Source of the DNA: Curvularia clavata
Lineage: Eukaryota
Direction of reading: 5' to 3'
DNA length: 64,000 bases
Assembly: GCA_023920165.1 (NCBI GenBank)
Contig: CP089278.1
Location: 2,108,001 to 2,172,000, forward strand
Position 1 is the stretch's first letter, and every line of letters starts with the position of its first letter. The notes under the pieces are model-generated. The model ran no database searches. It was given only the letters and a program-made list of their open reading frames with translations, and was not told the origin of the DNA. Of this stretch, positions 1-13,006 are shown piece after piece. Position numbers and translations under genes: made by a program.

Positions 1-1326
1 GCAAACACGGCTACTCTCACTTGGTTCAAAGGATTATCCCGAATAATTCAACATGGCCTATATCTGATAAACGGTGATAGCGATCCGCCAATCGAGGGCT
101 GACACTCAGCAACATGCAGTGTCCCTAGTATCTTTCCTTTTCACCGGAATGCCACAAACACGCCTGGGGCAAGCTGCATTAACATGTTGCCAGCTGCGAG
201 GCTAAAAGGCTGTGTATACATGCCTCAGCGACGCATCATATAAAGATAAGCCGTATTAACACTGCAGCGATATGGGGAGCAGTTACCCCGCCTTCATATT
301 CAAAGTTGGACCGCCCGCAAACCAACAGAGCCATTTATGCAAGTCTACCTCAACACCTCGCTCTACGATAGGTCCTTGCCACTAAGTACAAAACCCGCTG
401 TTGGCAAGGCATAATGATAGGTCCTACGAGGGTTGGCCGATCGTACCCATAGATGTGTGACGATGCAGCAGCTGTACCGATGAAGTGACATAGCTTTGCA
501 GACGTTACCTGTATACTCGTCAGGCAACGTCTCCTTTCGGCCCGATTAATTGTCATTCCACATTCTTCGAAGAACAGCTGCCGGTCGGTCTTCGGTATTT
601 ACTGTTGTATGTACAACATACATATTGTACCCCACGTGTTTGTAGATCCACAATGCTTAAACTGTGATAAGCAAGATCTACTTCACTTTGAAAGGGACTG
701 GCATATATTGCATGTTAGGTACAGGTGTATTGTGGATAATATGCGTTTGTCAAAACGTTGATACCCATGTAACACATGAAGAGATAACAGTTCCAAGCAT
801 GCCCGGACGATTTTGAGCCTTGAAAACAAGAAGCCAAAGAAACACCCACTGTATGGCGCCGTACGACACTAAGAAAGCCGGTGCCCTAGGTCAAAGCAAG
901 GGTACAGCCTTTCCGTTCCTGGTTTCGGGTAAGATTCCCTAGTTGGTTTGTCAATTGGAGAGGCACACAAATGCACATTCCGGAAACATATCTCCCGAGA
1001 AAAGAAAAGAATCAACTGAGATCGCATAGCGATGCAGAGACAAGTTCTTCAACGGGCCAACAAGTGATATCAATAGAACATCAAGTCAAAGGTATGGCCT
1101 CATCGCTTATTCCAACTTGGAATCGATTTATCAAGTTTGCTTCGAATGCGTACTGTAATAGATGTTGGTCGAAACCAGCTCTCGCTAAATTTTTCGTATA
1201 ATGGATTCGGTTTTACACCATCCAACATTTCCTCCTTTCATTCTGTCCTTGAGATGTTGCCAAGATAAAACGCCTTGAAATGCCCAACTAACCCGAACGC
1301 CGCCCAATGAAGATTCGCCCAGTCTC

Positions 1327-2016
1327 TCACAAGGCCTCGAGTTCGAAATCGTCCAGCTTGTCGCGGTACTTCATAATGTTTCGCTTAATCTTGGAAGAGT
1401 CGACCCAGGTCACAAAGTCCTCCATGTTTCTAGTGACGAGGTAGGCGGGGTCGGTGATAACGTCTGTTCCCACGCGGACATGACCTTGCTCAATGAGCGT
1501 GGTAGCGGCTTGGATATGGTCGGCCATGCGCAGGCGGGTCATGACGACAGGCAGCCTCCTCCGCGCAAAGGCAGACACGGTGACCTTGTGCTCGATGTCG
1601 CTCAGCTTGCCTCTACCTCCACCACCAGTACCGAGGATGCCCATGTCGAACAGCTTCTCCAGCATGAGATCTTCGTGTTTCCGTCTGAAGGGGTCTGAGG
1701 GATCGAGTGCGGCAATCTTGTGGGCGAGCTGTCGCAAGGAACCAGCGAGCTGGTTGTATTTTCTGTAGTCGTCGCGGCCTTGGATGGCATAGCGTCGCAT
1801 TACCGCAGCTTCTCGGTGACTACTACCGCATTAGTTCCTTGCACATGACAGACGCCACGTCTTTTACTCACTCATTGTCGCTCTTGTATGTGTTGAAGTC
1901 GACCTGGTAGCATGCGGTTAGCATCCTTCGGACCCTATCCTGTGGCTAGACCACTTTTAGGGGAAGTATACCTTCTTCAAGAGCTTCTGCTCATGGTGCT
2001 TGAGTTTGCGCACCAT
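1327..2016 (-). CDS. IMP3: U3 snoRNP protein Imp3 (S4 RNA-binding domain), 3 exons: 2016-1972, 1903-1872, 1819-1327
   Basis: Spliced N-terminus [37 protein letters not shown]-terminal S4-like [14 protein letters not shown]...IEQGHVRVG...[17 protein letters not shown]. Introns GTATAC..CAG and GTGAGT..TAG. Confidence 0.96.
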
Positions 2017-2222
2017 GTTTGCAATTTGCGACTGGGCGTGTGCAAGATTGAGGCGGCGACGGTGAAGATGGCGTCTCCAGGAAAATGTTGCGCGGAGGCC
2101 GGAGATCCAAAGATTTGACGGACATGGATGCTGCAGCGGGCGCTAGCCATTAGCGCACCGGCAATCACTATCTATTCCAATGACGGCATAGGCGCGACTA
2201 AATTTCCACCCCAATGCCGTTG

Positions 2223-2250
2223 GAGTCATTGTGTCATTCTCCTGGAGTCA
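2223..2250. promoter_or_regulatory. Putative Gcn4/CpcA response elements in the IMP3-HIS7 divergent promoter
   Basis: GAGTCA (reverse complement TGACTC) at 2223-2228 and 2245-2250, with TGTGTCA at 2230-2236, just upstream of a histidine biosynthesis gene. Confidence 0.55.
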
Positions 2251-2287
2251 AAGATTCTCTTGATTTCATTGTAGACACACTTTCGTC

Positions 2288-4066
2288 ATGCCGACCGTTC
2301 ATTTGCTCGACTACGTTGCTGGCAATGTCCGCTCTCTCGTCAATGCCATCGAGAAAGTTGGCTACACGGTAGAATGGGTCAAGTCGCCTGCCCAGGTGCC
2401 CTCCGCAGAGGTACTGCTACAGCCCTCCCACCGCAAGGGGTACGTCAATTGACAAGTGCTGATACAGCATTTTCCGTAGAAACTCATTATTCCTGGTGTT
2501 GGCCACTTTGGCCACTGTCTCTCCCAGCTAGAGAAGGCTGGCTACACTGAGCCGATCCGTGAACACATCAAGGCCGGCAAACCTTTTATGGGAATATGCG
2601 TCGGTCTTCAGGCATTATTTGAAGGCTCTGAGGAAGATCCACAGGTGAAGGGGTTGGGTGTAATCCCAGCCCGCCTGCGCAAGTTCCAGGACACAGATAA
2701 GAGCGTACCCCACATCGGATGGAACAGCGCAAACACATCGCGGACTGGCGCGGTGACAGATGAATCATTATACGGACTCCGGCCAACTTCCAAGTACTAT
2801 TATGTTCACTCATATGCTGCGCCGTATGAAGAGGGCAAATTGGAGAAGGACGGATGGACTATCGCTACCGCTCGGTACGGCGACGAGGAGTTCGTAGGTG
2901 CTGTCGCAAAGGACAACATCTTTGCCACGCAGTTCCATCCCGAGAAGAGTGGTGCTGCAGGTCTTCGTGTCATCAAGGCATTCCTGGAAGGAAAGAAGAC
3001 TGAGAAGCTACCCGAGAAACCATCAGCTATCAGCACAAAAGAAGGCCTCACCAGAAGAGTCATTGCATGCCTGGACGTACGAGCCAACGATCAAGGCGAT
3101 CTTGTAGTTACGAAAGGCGATCAATACGACGTACGCGAGAAGTCGGACACCGGTAACGAAGTGCGCAACCTGGGCAAGCCCGTCGAGATGGCCAAGAAGT
3201 ACTATGAGCAAGGAGCCGACGAAGTCACCTTCCTCAACATCACATCTTTCCGAAACTGCCCTGTCGCTGATGCGCCTATGCTTGAGATCCTGCGCCGCAC
3301 TAGCGAGACTGTTTTTGTACCCCTTACCATTGGCGGGGGCATTCGTGATACGGTCGACACAGACGGCACCAAGATATCTGCTCTCGACATCGCCACCATG
3401 TACTTCAAGTCCGGCGCCGACAAAGTAAGCATAGGCTCCGATGCCGTGACAGCTGCCGAGGAGTACTATGCGCGAGGCAGTAAGCTATCTGGCACCACTG
3501 CTATAGAAACCATTTCCTCTGCATACGGCAACCAAGCAGTTGTCATTAGCGTAGATCCAAAGCGCGTATACGTCTCCTCACCAGACGCAACACCTCACCA
3601 CACGATCAAGACTGCGACTCCTGGTCCCAACGGTGAAGCGTACTGCTGGTATCAGTGCACCATCAAGGGTGGACGGGAAGGTCGAGACTTTGACGTCCGG
3701 CAATTAGTCCAAGCTGTCGAAGCCATGGGCGCAGGCGAGATTCTTCTCAACTGTATAGATAAAGATGGTAGCAACTCCGGATTCGACACGGAGCTCATAA
3801 ACGACGTCAAGAGCGCGATCAAGATTCCTGTTATCGCGAGTAGCGGAGCCGGAAACCCTGGACACTTTGAAGAGGTCTTTGCAAAGACGAAGACGGACGC
3901 CGCGCTGGGTGCTGGATTGGTAAGTTACTGTCCTTTTTCCTGGACCTGAGTTTTAAAGTCTCTGACAAACAAACAGTTCCACAGAGGCGAATACACTGTC
4001 AAGCAGGTCAAGGATCACTTGCAGGAAAAGGGTCAGATTGTGCGGCCTTTTGAAGCCGATATTTAA
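2288..4066 (+). CDS. HIS7: Imidazole glycerol phosphate synthase HisHF (glutaminase plus cyclase), 3 exons: 2288-2410, 2480-3919, 3977-4066
   Basis: [23 protein letters not shown], catalytic [15 protein letters not shown], cyclase [30 protein letters not shown]. Canonical introns. Confidence 0.97.
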
Positions 4067-4798
4067 AGACGTGTGTTGCGGATCTATTCGGCTAGCGCTG
4101 CACGTCACCAAACTTAGCGCTGATCACTGTGTATGAAACTATGTTAATGAAACGATGACAGGATTGGAATAGATTTCAGGTATTGTAACTCGATGGGTCT
4201 GTATCTGAATATCTGGTTATGTAGCTTTGGTAGAAATAGAAATTGTATTTATGCTGTTGTTAAAGAGATGAAGCAAGGCTTTCATGAACTGGTATTGCAG
4301 GGACCGTGCGAATACGAACAGATCGCCATCCTTACACTCTATTTACGAGGAGAATGTTAAACCAGCCATTTGGAGTAACGAGAAACTTTGACACGGGCGC
4401 TAGATCAACTACAGACGTGTGAAGGGAAGGAGCGGGGTATTTTGACTACCACTCGGATCGCAACCATCTTTCCAGTATGCCACTTTTTGTATATTCATAC
4501 ACCGTGTACTCGTACATGACACTCTTGGTCTTTCCTTCGCTAATTCTGTGACTCTTATTTTTGTCCATCGACACTGCAAAGGGCGGAAGCCTCTTTGCAA
4601 TTTGAGACAGGTGCGAGAAGAAATAAACGCAAAGGGTAGGTAAAGTTATGTGGAAGGGAGGAGAGTAAGGTATGCATGCGCATGGAATGAAACGGTGCGT
4701 TTTTCCGACTCGGGAACAACAAGGGAAACGATGCTAACTGTGATAGCGCGGTGCACGCTGAAAATAATAAAGCTTAGGTCGTTGAATTCACCTGTTAT

Positions 4799-6272
4799 TT
4801 ACTTTCTTCTCTTCATCACCTTTGTGCACATTTCTACCAGACCGGTTTTCGCCTCCGAGTCTGGGAAAAAGGAAATAGCTTCGATGGCTTTGTCGACGTA
4901 CTCTTGCGCTAGAGCACGTGTTTGCTCGAGACCAGTGCTTTGCGCGACGATTTGGCGAGCCTAGGAATTGTCAGCATGGGCTTCTTATTTCACGTTCTTC
5001 CGTTCCTTTGACTGATCATATGCACGGGTTAGGAATGGGACGAGGGAAATATCTGACCTGCTGCACATCCCCCTGTTCTGAGAACTTCCTTCCAACCAGT
5101 TTACCCAGACTCTTATTTTCCTTCCACGCGAACAGGAGTGGTGCCGTCGCCAGACCCAATTCCAAGTCTGCACCAGCAGGCTTTCCAAGCTCGGCTTCAC
5201 TGACAGTGTAATCCAGCATGTCATCTACCAACTGGAAAGCTAGACCAAGGTTCTTTCCGTAGAGGTACGCAGCTTCTACCACTTCTGGTGTTGAACCACC
5301 CAAGATAGCAGCAGCACGACAGCTCTTTGAGATGAGCGAGGCAGATTTGAGATATGTCTTTTGCAAGTAATACGAGACGGTTTCCTCAGTCCATACAGGG
5401 TTCTTTTCGTCACGCGCAGTGTTCTTGAGCTGCATAAACTCGCCTTCGACAAGATTTGCAATGACCGTAGCGAGCAGCTCCGTAACTTCTGGATCACGGA
5501 GGCGAGCCAGTGCTACGGACGCTCTGCCGAGCAGGAAGTCACCAGCTAGCACTGCCATTTTGTTGCCAAACTCAATGTTTGCCGAGGGTGCAGAGCGGCG
5601 TGAGACGGAGTGATCAATGACATCGTCGTGGAGCAGACTGGCTGTGTGAATAAGTTCGGTAATCTCTGCTAATCGACGTTGCGATGGGAGGATATCGCTG
5701 TCTTCGGGTGTGTAAGCAGCGTCATGCCGTATGCTGCTGATAGGACTGGTATCGGGGTTCTCGTCTGCGAGGATGCCTGGGTGTGTTATGCTGACATCTG
5801 CACTTTGGCTTCCAATGCCCATGCCGCCTCTTGCAACATTACGGTGAGGCGTGAGGGCGGTGGCGCGACTCATAAGAAGAACCAGCATAGGTCGTACATA
5901 TTTCCCCTCACTCTGTGTGTAATACTTGGCCACAGTGTCGAGGGTCGGATGTCCAGAGCCAAGCAATTGCCGTATATTTCCCGTCAAAAATTTCATTTCC
6001 CGTGCCACGGTCTGGAAAGGATCCATCTTTATGGGCGCATCTGGCGGCGGCGTCGATCGCACATGTTGCGCTACGTTGACGGCAGTGGCCCACGACGACT
6101 GATGTCGCCGCCGGGACGGGTGGTATAATGCCGGTGCAGCATTTGGACTTTGTATGGAGCGGGAGAGGGCGACGCTACTGTGTGGGCATATCGAGCGACA
6201 TGAAGCGGAAGAGGAAGAGGAAGTTTGCGGCCGCGCGATAGACGCTGCGAGCCGGGGGGATCGGCCCAGCAT
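4799..6272 (-). CDS. COQ1: Mitochondrial polyprenyl diphosphate synthase for the ubiquinone side chain, 2 exons: 6272-5058, 4960-4799
   Basis: FARM ASLLHDDVID and SARM AFQLVDDMLD, GKPAGADLELGLATAP. Arg/Ser-rich presequence-like N-terminus from ATG 6272. Intron GTCAGA..CTGAC..TAG gives the C-terminus ...KVMKRRK. Confidence 0.95.
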
Positions 6273-6581
6273 GGAGGTGGATTTTGGGGTGCTGGTGAGG
6301 TCGCAGCCAGCGGACAGCAAAATACAGGTGCAATTGGGCGGCTCTGGGAGGGTCCTGGGGCAGAGGGAGTGGGCGGAGGAGGGCTAATTGCCGCGCAATT
6401 GAGTTGGTCTGCGAGCTATCGCCTAGATTTGTTAAGTTTGAAATATCCATGACGTTCGGAACGCTAGCTCCCTAGGGTCGCCGCACCCCATCCCTGTCAG
6501 CGCGACGTTGGCCATGCCGACCGTTTCCCTTTACACGTGCAATTCCGACCTCTCTCCCATACAAACACCCGACAATCCGTC

Positions 6582-7415
6582 ATGGTGCTCCTGACTATGA
6601 CACCCGGTATCGCCCGGGCAGTCGCAAGAGCCGAGCAATTATCGCCGGACGACTATGCAAGCCTGCAACGCGCTGACGAACCCACACTTGCCCATGCCAA
6701 ACCAGGCAACCCCATCTCACACAGACAGCTGACCGACCTGTCCAAGCTGCTGAAGAAACATCTCCCTCGTCCGGATTCTGATGCGCCTGTATCGAATGAA
6801 CAAGATGCCGTAGAAGAGCCCATTCCCAGGACTCTCGCAGCCCTGCTCGCCAACACAACACTCTACACCCCGCCGCCGCCGCCAAAGCCAGCAAAGACGC
6901 CCGAATACGAAGCCCTCATGGCCCGTCTCCGCGCTGAGCAAGAGGCCCTCTCCTACGAGCGTATGCTCCATCCACCAGCCACTCGCGAAACCTTCTCCCA
7001 GCGCTTCCCTCACGCCCCAGACCCTTTCGGCATCGGGGCTATACAAACGACGAGCGAAGAAGACGATGTATCCTTCGAAGAAGTGCATCGTCAGATCATT
7101 CTTATCATAAACATACTCGTCTCCATCGTCTGCGTGGCTGTCTTCATATGGATAGCCGCACGGCACTGGAGTGTCGGTTCGCGACTGGGACTGAGCTTAG
7201 GAGGGTCTTTAGGTGTAGCTGTGGCCGAGGTAGCAGTGTACAGTGGATATGTGAGAAAGGTCAAACAAGCTAAGAGGTTGGAGAAAAAGAAGCCAGAGAT
7301 CAAGGAGATTGTCAAGACTTGGGTGCTGGATAGCCAAAGTGAGGGAGCAGAAGCATCCGGGTGGAAGGAAAAAGAGGGAGACGGAGTGAGGTTTAGAAAA
7401 GGCAAACATCGCTAA
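6582..7415 (+). CDS. VMA12: ER V-ATPase assembly factor Vma12/Vph2 (TMEM199 family)
   Basis: MVLLTMT start, EYEALMARLRAEQEALSYERM, two hydrophobic helices (QIILIINILVSIVCVAVFIW and LGLSLGGSLGVAVAEVAVY), C-terminal KxKxx ER-retrieval motif KGKHR. Confidence 0.88.
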   Translation: MVLLTMTPGIARAVARAEQLSPDDYASLQRADEPTLAHAKPGNPISHRQLTDLSKLLKKHLPRPDSDAPVSNEQDAVEEPIPRTLAALLANTTLYTPPPPPKPAKTPEYEALMARLRAEQEALSYERMLHPPATRETFSQRFPHAPDPFGIGAIQTTSEEDDVSFEEVHRQIILIINILVSIVCVAVFIWIAARHWSVGSRLGLSLGGSLGVAVAEVAVYSGYVRKVKQAKRLEKKKPEIKEIVKTWVLDSQSEGAEASGWKEKEGDGVRFRKGKHR

Positions 7416-7589
7416 AGGGATACAATCTTGTGCTAGACGCCGCCCATGCCTAAAAGGTTCCACAAACAAGTCGCAATTGTGCCAAACAGACGCCAACAAT
7501 GCATCTCGAAGACCCTTGCGCCTACGCAAAACTCATCGACTCATCGACCGCCTACGTCGGCGTTGCCTACGGTGCAAACGCCGCATCGT

Positions 7590-10500
7590 CTACTTCTTAT
7601 CCTTCCTTCTCCCTGCCACCCCGCCAGCGAACCTTCCCAAGTTACTCAAGCTAGATCGTGGCTTGTGTCCCTGTGCGGGACCTGGCGCTGCAGGTGCAGG
7701 GGCTGGTCTCATGGGCCCTGCAGGGCTTCCGGGCCTCAGCCCAGTCACGGCCTTTGGTGGAACGGGCGGAGCCGGCGCTGTCGGGCCCAGCTTCTCATAA
7801 ACCTCCTCCTCTTCGCCCATACTCGCCATTCTCTGACTGCGTCTTGCCTTCTCTTGGGTTTGCTTAAACCTCTCTAGCAACTCGGTCCACTTGACGGTTC
7901 CAGCTGCATCCGGCCCACTCAGTCCATCTCTGGGCTTCAATCTACCAGGACGTTCGAAGTTCGACATGGCGGCTCCTCCAGGCGAGGCAATGCCACTAGT
8001 GCTACTACTGTTTGTGCCAGCTTCTGAGCTTTTTTGCCGCAAGTGATTAAGGGTGGGGGATGAGGAAGGGTGAACATACGTCGAGCTACTGCGCTGAGGT
8101 GCAATATGCAGGTAACCTATGGCAGAGACGCTGTTGAGGCGATTCTTAAGCGCAGCAAAAGCAGAAGACTGAGGGAGCAACATAAGCAGGCCATACATGC
8201 ACTTGTATAAGTGCGGGTATCGTTCAGGCTCAAGAAGCTGCATACGGAGATCTACCAATTAGTGTTAGCAATTGTTTCTCGAGTCGAACAGATCAAGGAG
8301 GCTTACACGTGAAGACTGGAGATTCGAGGAGTTGCACAAGCTTGTCGATCTGGATGAGCATATTGACCGTCATCTCGAGCTCGGCGCTGAGGATATTAGT
8401 GTTCATACCAACAAGGACGCACGCGAGTCACTTACAAGACTTGAAGCAAATGATATGCCTGCTCATAAGCTTGGGCAAGGAGACAAAGTGAGAAAGTAGC
8501 CACGGCATTGTGACACCAAGCCTTAAAAAGAGTGACAAAGAAGGATTGACCGTCCTTACTGTCAAGGTTCCTTAATCGCCTTCGCAGATCTGCGAGCTCC
8601 GGTGCAGTAATGAGGTTGTTATTGAGGTTTTGTACCATGATGCTTGCGAACTCTACATCTTCGTCTTTCGCAAGGCAATCAGCCATAGTACGGTAGATCC
8701 TCTCGGCACTGAGAGTAAGACATAGCTGTCTAATGATAAGGTTTCCGCGCGTCTCCAGCAGTCTGCGATCAGTACAGAATAGCTTCAGCAGATTGACCAT
8801 GAACGAGGTGAAGTAGGTATCGTCGCTATGAAGAGAGATTTGGGAGAGGAGAAGCAGGTCGCGGGTAACAACCGCATCTGAGGGGTCGGACAGCGTTTTG
8901 AGGAGCGCAGGGAAAGTTCCGTCGTCGACCGTGAGTATCTGCACATTTGTTAACATTGAATGTAATTATGCACTTGCGCGCACTCACTCTACCAGGTGCC
9001 ATTCTGTGCAGCATGATTAGCCAAGCTATGGCTGCTACTCGAGTAGCTTCATGTTCGTTCAAGAACTGCAATGTCAAGGCACTAACTGCAGCTTGATAAT
9101 CCAGCTCTGGTATGGGACGAGACGATGCGCCACTTTCCTCAGCTGGAGTAGGGGACCTGCCATCAGGTGAGTCGGCTTTGCTTGCTTGGTCGCGGATGAC
9201 TGCCTTGAGCAATCGGCCGGACAGATTAGAGTCCCGCCGTTGTGTTCCGGTTAGCTCTTTCCCAAGCTCAGATAGGGAAGGAGGTAGTTGGATCTGTCCA
9301 CTTGCACCGCCATCTCGGGGGCGGTTGTCATCAGACAAGGACAGGATGTAGTCCATGAGCGAAGCGTTGACCTTGACTGCTGCTTTGCGAACCGTATCAA
9401 CCTCATGTGACATGCGAGGCAACACATGTGACAACAGACTTGGGACAAAAGGCATGATGTCTTCTGGACAAATGTCGAAAAAGTTGTCGATCCAGCGTAG
9501 CGCCGTGAGCAGAATCTCGGTCTGCTCCTCTTCCGTGTCTGTGAATGTTAGCATATGCTAGCCCCTCGTCTCATGGCCTAATCTCACCAGGTGGTGGCAC
9601 AAGAAAATCTACAAGTATGCTCAGTATCTTGGGATGATCGACATGCACATCCTGGCCGGGTATCCAGTTACCATCGCCATGGATGGACTTTCCGCTGTCG
9701 CCAGAGACAGACCCGCTTTCTCCGCTGCCATCAACCTTGTCATCAATCGAGTCTTGGGGGTCAAGGGGCGTGATGTCCGACGCATCGCTTCCGCTGCGCA
9801 TGCTATCTGCCGAATTCCTACGCTCATCTTTGCTGTGGCTCTTCTTGCTCTCCTCTATGCCCTTCTTTATTCTCGCAATCTTCTTGATTTCACTTAAAAG
9901 TCTGTCCAACGCGGCCTGTGTCATAGTATATACATCTTGGTTGGAGTCACTCAGAAACTTGAAGAGGCCGCCGAGGAAGCGCGGCAGATGGGCAATGAGC
10001 TCGAGGTCCGGTATAGAATCAAGCAGTGTTATCCATGCGACAAGGAAGGACCGCGTAAAAGGGTTGATGACATTGATGCGCTCTTCGAGAAGCGGGAGGA
10101 ATCGTTCGAGACTGAAAGCGTATGGGTATGGCTCGTCCTCGCCATCATGCTGGTCGGGGGCAGTCTGCAGTACGGAAACATAGCTAGCAGCCGACTCGGA
10201 AACAATGTCTTTGATCAGACGATCTAGTAGCTCGGCGCCGTTCTTGACAGACAGCTCAGAATCTGCGGCCATCTGTACAGTATCTACTGTGTCAGCCTTG
10301 TTCTCATGCCGAGGGCAGCGCCTGAAGTATGTATCCTCACCTTGCAGAGGGCATCAAAGACCTGGTTGAAGTAGACGAGTATCTCGCCCTTGGCGACCTT
10401 TGCAATGTTGTACATGCTCTCGCACGCGTAGTACCGGACACGGGCATCCTGGTCGCTGAAGCATGCGAGAACCGGCGGCACGATTTCCTCGAGATAGCGA

Positions 10501-10739
10501 GCGACCTCTGGTCCCAGGGCTATGGAAGCAGCGGCCAGTCCTATGAGGCCGCCGTTGCGGGCGTGGGGCTGGTGGACGGCATAGGCATACTCGTGGCAGA
10601 GCTGGTGCACAATCTTTGCTATTCTGTCGTGGTCCTGCACAGCGAGCGCATCTCGAATCAGGCCCTCGAGCTCGAGGGCGCCGCTTTTGCGCTTGTCGTA
10701 GAGTTTGTCGTTGAGGGCTTTTGTGATGTTGGCGTCCAT
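7590..10739 (-). CDS. VAC14: Vacuole morphology protein Vac14 (HEAT-repeat scaffold of the Fab1/Fig4 complex), at least 6 exons
   Basis: MDANITKALNDKLYDKRK, ARNGGLIGLAAASIALG, VRYYACESMYNIAKV, SVKNGAELLDRLIKDIV, LLETRGNLIIRQLC, QIDKLVQLLESPVFTYLRMQLLEP, GLLMLLPQSSAFAALKNRL. Five clear GT-AG introns plus one possible in-frame intron. Confidence 0.96.
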
Positions 10740-11285
10740 GGTGGGTGAGGTGGTGGGCGCAGGACGGCACTCTTGTCTACATGTTGCAGCTGCGCTAGCC
10801 TCGCATACTGTGCGTCCCGGGAGCGGAGAGAGGGCCGGTCGAGGGGTTGTGGATGAGGGAGTGTGTAGACAGAGGTGCGCCCACGCTCTCACGCAGCGGC
10901 TTGGTGTTTGCTCAAACGACGATGATCCGAGCCCCAGGCCCCAGGCCCCACGTCATCGTACACAAGCGCCCGCACCCCTGCACGCGCTCCCTGACTCCCG
11001 CAATACACATACGCATACACTACCATACACAAGGCATGGCCAAAGGCGCTTTCTTGGTGCCATGGCCGCTTCCTAGTGCCATGATGGTGGCCGCGGAAAC
11101 TCGTTGCTTATCTGCACCCCCCGGATGACCCAGAGCGACGACTGACGGCCTCCTCTACCACTAACGCTGCTAGTCCATTGGCCGCTGCATCAGCCTCGCT
11201 CGCTTTGACCACCACCACCATCTGTTCGCTGCCTCACACGCATTCCCAGGCTCACCTGCGCCGGTCAGGTGCGTCGAGCTCCTCG

Positions 11286-13006
11286 ATGCATAAGCTGAAG
11301 AACAAGCTCCTGGCCCCCCATCGTCGGGACAGACGACAGGACGACATGGACAAGCTGAGGGAGCCCAAGCTGTCCCCTATCGCAACCGGGGGCTTCAAGC
11401 ATTGGGCCGTGGCTTTGTATGTCTTCAGCAATGCTTTCCCATGGCCACAACTAACGGCTACAGCATCGTCTGCAACTTCAATGTCGACATAGGGTAGGTA
11501 CGAGTCGAGGTCCGCATCTCGACATCTTGTTGAAACTTGCCCTAGTCCTGAAATCGAGATTCTCTACCCGCCAAACATCCCCTTCTCTACAAGCGACTTG
11601 AGTGCCATCTGTTTCAACAGGTACCGTATGTCCGCCTACTTTGTCCATGTCTTGTCTAAGACGCATCCAGCTTTCCCGAGCAGCAAAACACTGAAACTGC
11701 CGACGATCTCTGCTACGATTTTGCCATTACCAACAATTCGCCTGACATCCAGCTGAGCTCGCCCAACGCACCCCATGGCAGCGCAGTCACGTTTTATGCT
11801 TCATGTGTCTTCCGCCAAGAGTTCGACGATACAATGAAGAGAAGTTTCAACCAAAGAGCCCTGGTCTTGATTTCCCATCACAACTTCACTTGCTTGAACC
11901 ACCGCATCTTACAAAAGATGACGGAATCAGGCCATCTCAGCGATCCAACTACTTTAGAAGCCGCATACTCGCAAATGAACACGTGGATGCCCCCAGCCGT
12001 TGGCCACCATGATCTGCCCTTCTTAGGGACTATGTTGAAACTGGATATCGCACCGCATCGGGCTTTTCCTCTTCAGGGTCTTCCCGGTCCTACGCCCCTG
12101 ATTTCCGACACTCCTCTGTCCATGTATGCATATGAGCCAGTTGGATCTTGGGACACTATCATGCATTACATGCCCTGCATCACCGACCTGTATGTCCTCT
12201 ACGAGAAATTGGTCCTGTGCGAGAGCATCATTGTCATTGCAAAGTCACCGCAACTAGCGAGTGAGGCCGTGTCTTCGCTTATGGACCTCATCTGTCCCGT
12301 TCCTTATGCCGGTGTAATCAGGCCATATATGACCATGCAAGCCAACTTCAAGAGTATCGGCATCGATGGGGGTACGCCGACATCCTTCATCGTAGGTATT
12401 ACCAACCCTTTCTTGCTGAAGCGCATCATCGCCGCTACCGAGGCTAGCCACCAAGCGCGACCGCACATATTGTATCTTCAAAATTTTGATGGGCCTGTAC
12501 CAACGCGCCGCCACCATTCACTACATCACAAGTCAAGTCGTAATGCGCTTCTCGATTTACCGGGTGGTGGCATCGAAGTCCATACGCCCCCAAAACGTTT
12601 CCTCAAGTCAGACCCAGATGTGGTGTCGCAAATCGACGCCTTACTCAAGCTCGAGGACCAGACGCGAGAACTCGGGCCACTGATACGCCGTCACTTTGCT
12701 GAGCTCACTGCTCAATTCATCGCACCTATCAACCGCTATCTTGCAACGTCCCACGTCGTAACGCCGGGAGGCAATAGTCGATACGCCAATTTTCAGGTAC
12801 AAGACTTTTTAAGCAGCCTCAGCAAGTACGGCACCAGCGTCAAATTTAGAGGATCAGGACCACTACAGAGACATCGCGCTAGGGACGGCATGTACGAGAC
12901 CTTCTGCAACTCGCCAAACTTCTACTCGTGGCTCGAGATGAAAATCTCACTAGAAAACGAAGCATCTGCTGGCATGCTGAATGCACCTGTTGTGCAATCT
13001 GCTTAG
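11286..13006 (+). CDS. DENN-domain protein (DENND6/FAM116-like putative Rab GEF), 4 exons
   Basis: Spliced N-terminus ...WAVAFIVCNFNVDIGPEIEILYPP...AICFNSFPEQ, then CVFRQEFDDTMKRSFNQRALVLIS, LYEKLVLCESIIVIAKSPQLASEAV, RPYMTMQ, IVGITNPF, LIRRHFAELTAQFIAPINRY. The start codon is less certain. Confidence 0.82.

Noticed and set aside
1..1326. Short ORFs at the window start (350-556, 971-1201)
   Set aside because: No codon bias, motifs or convincing exon structure, so treated as intergenic.
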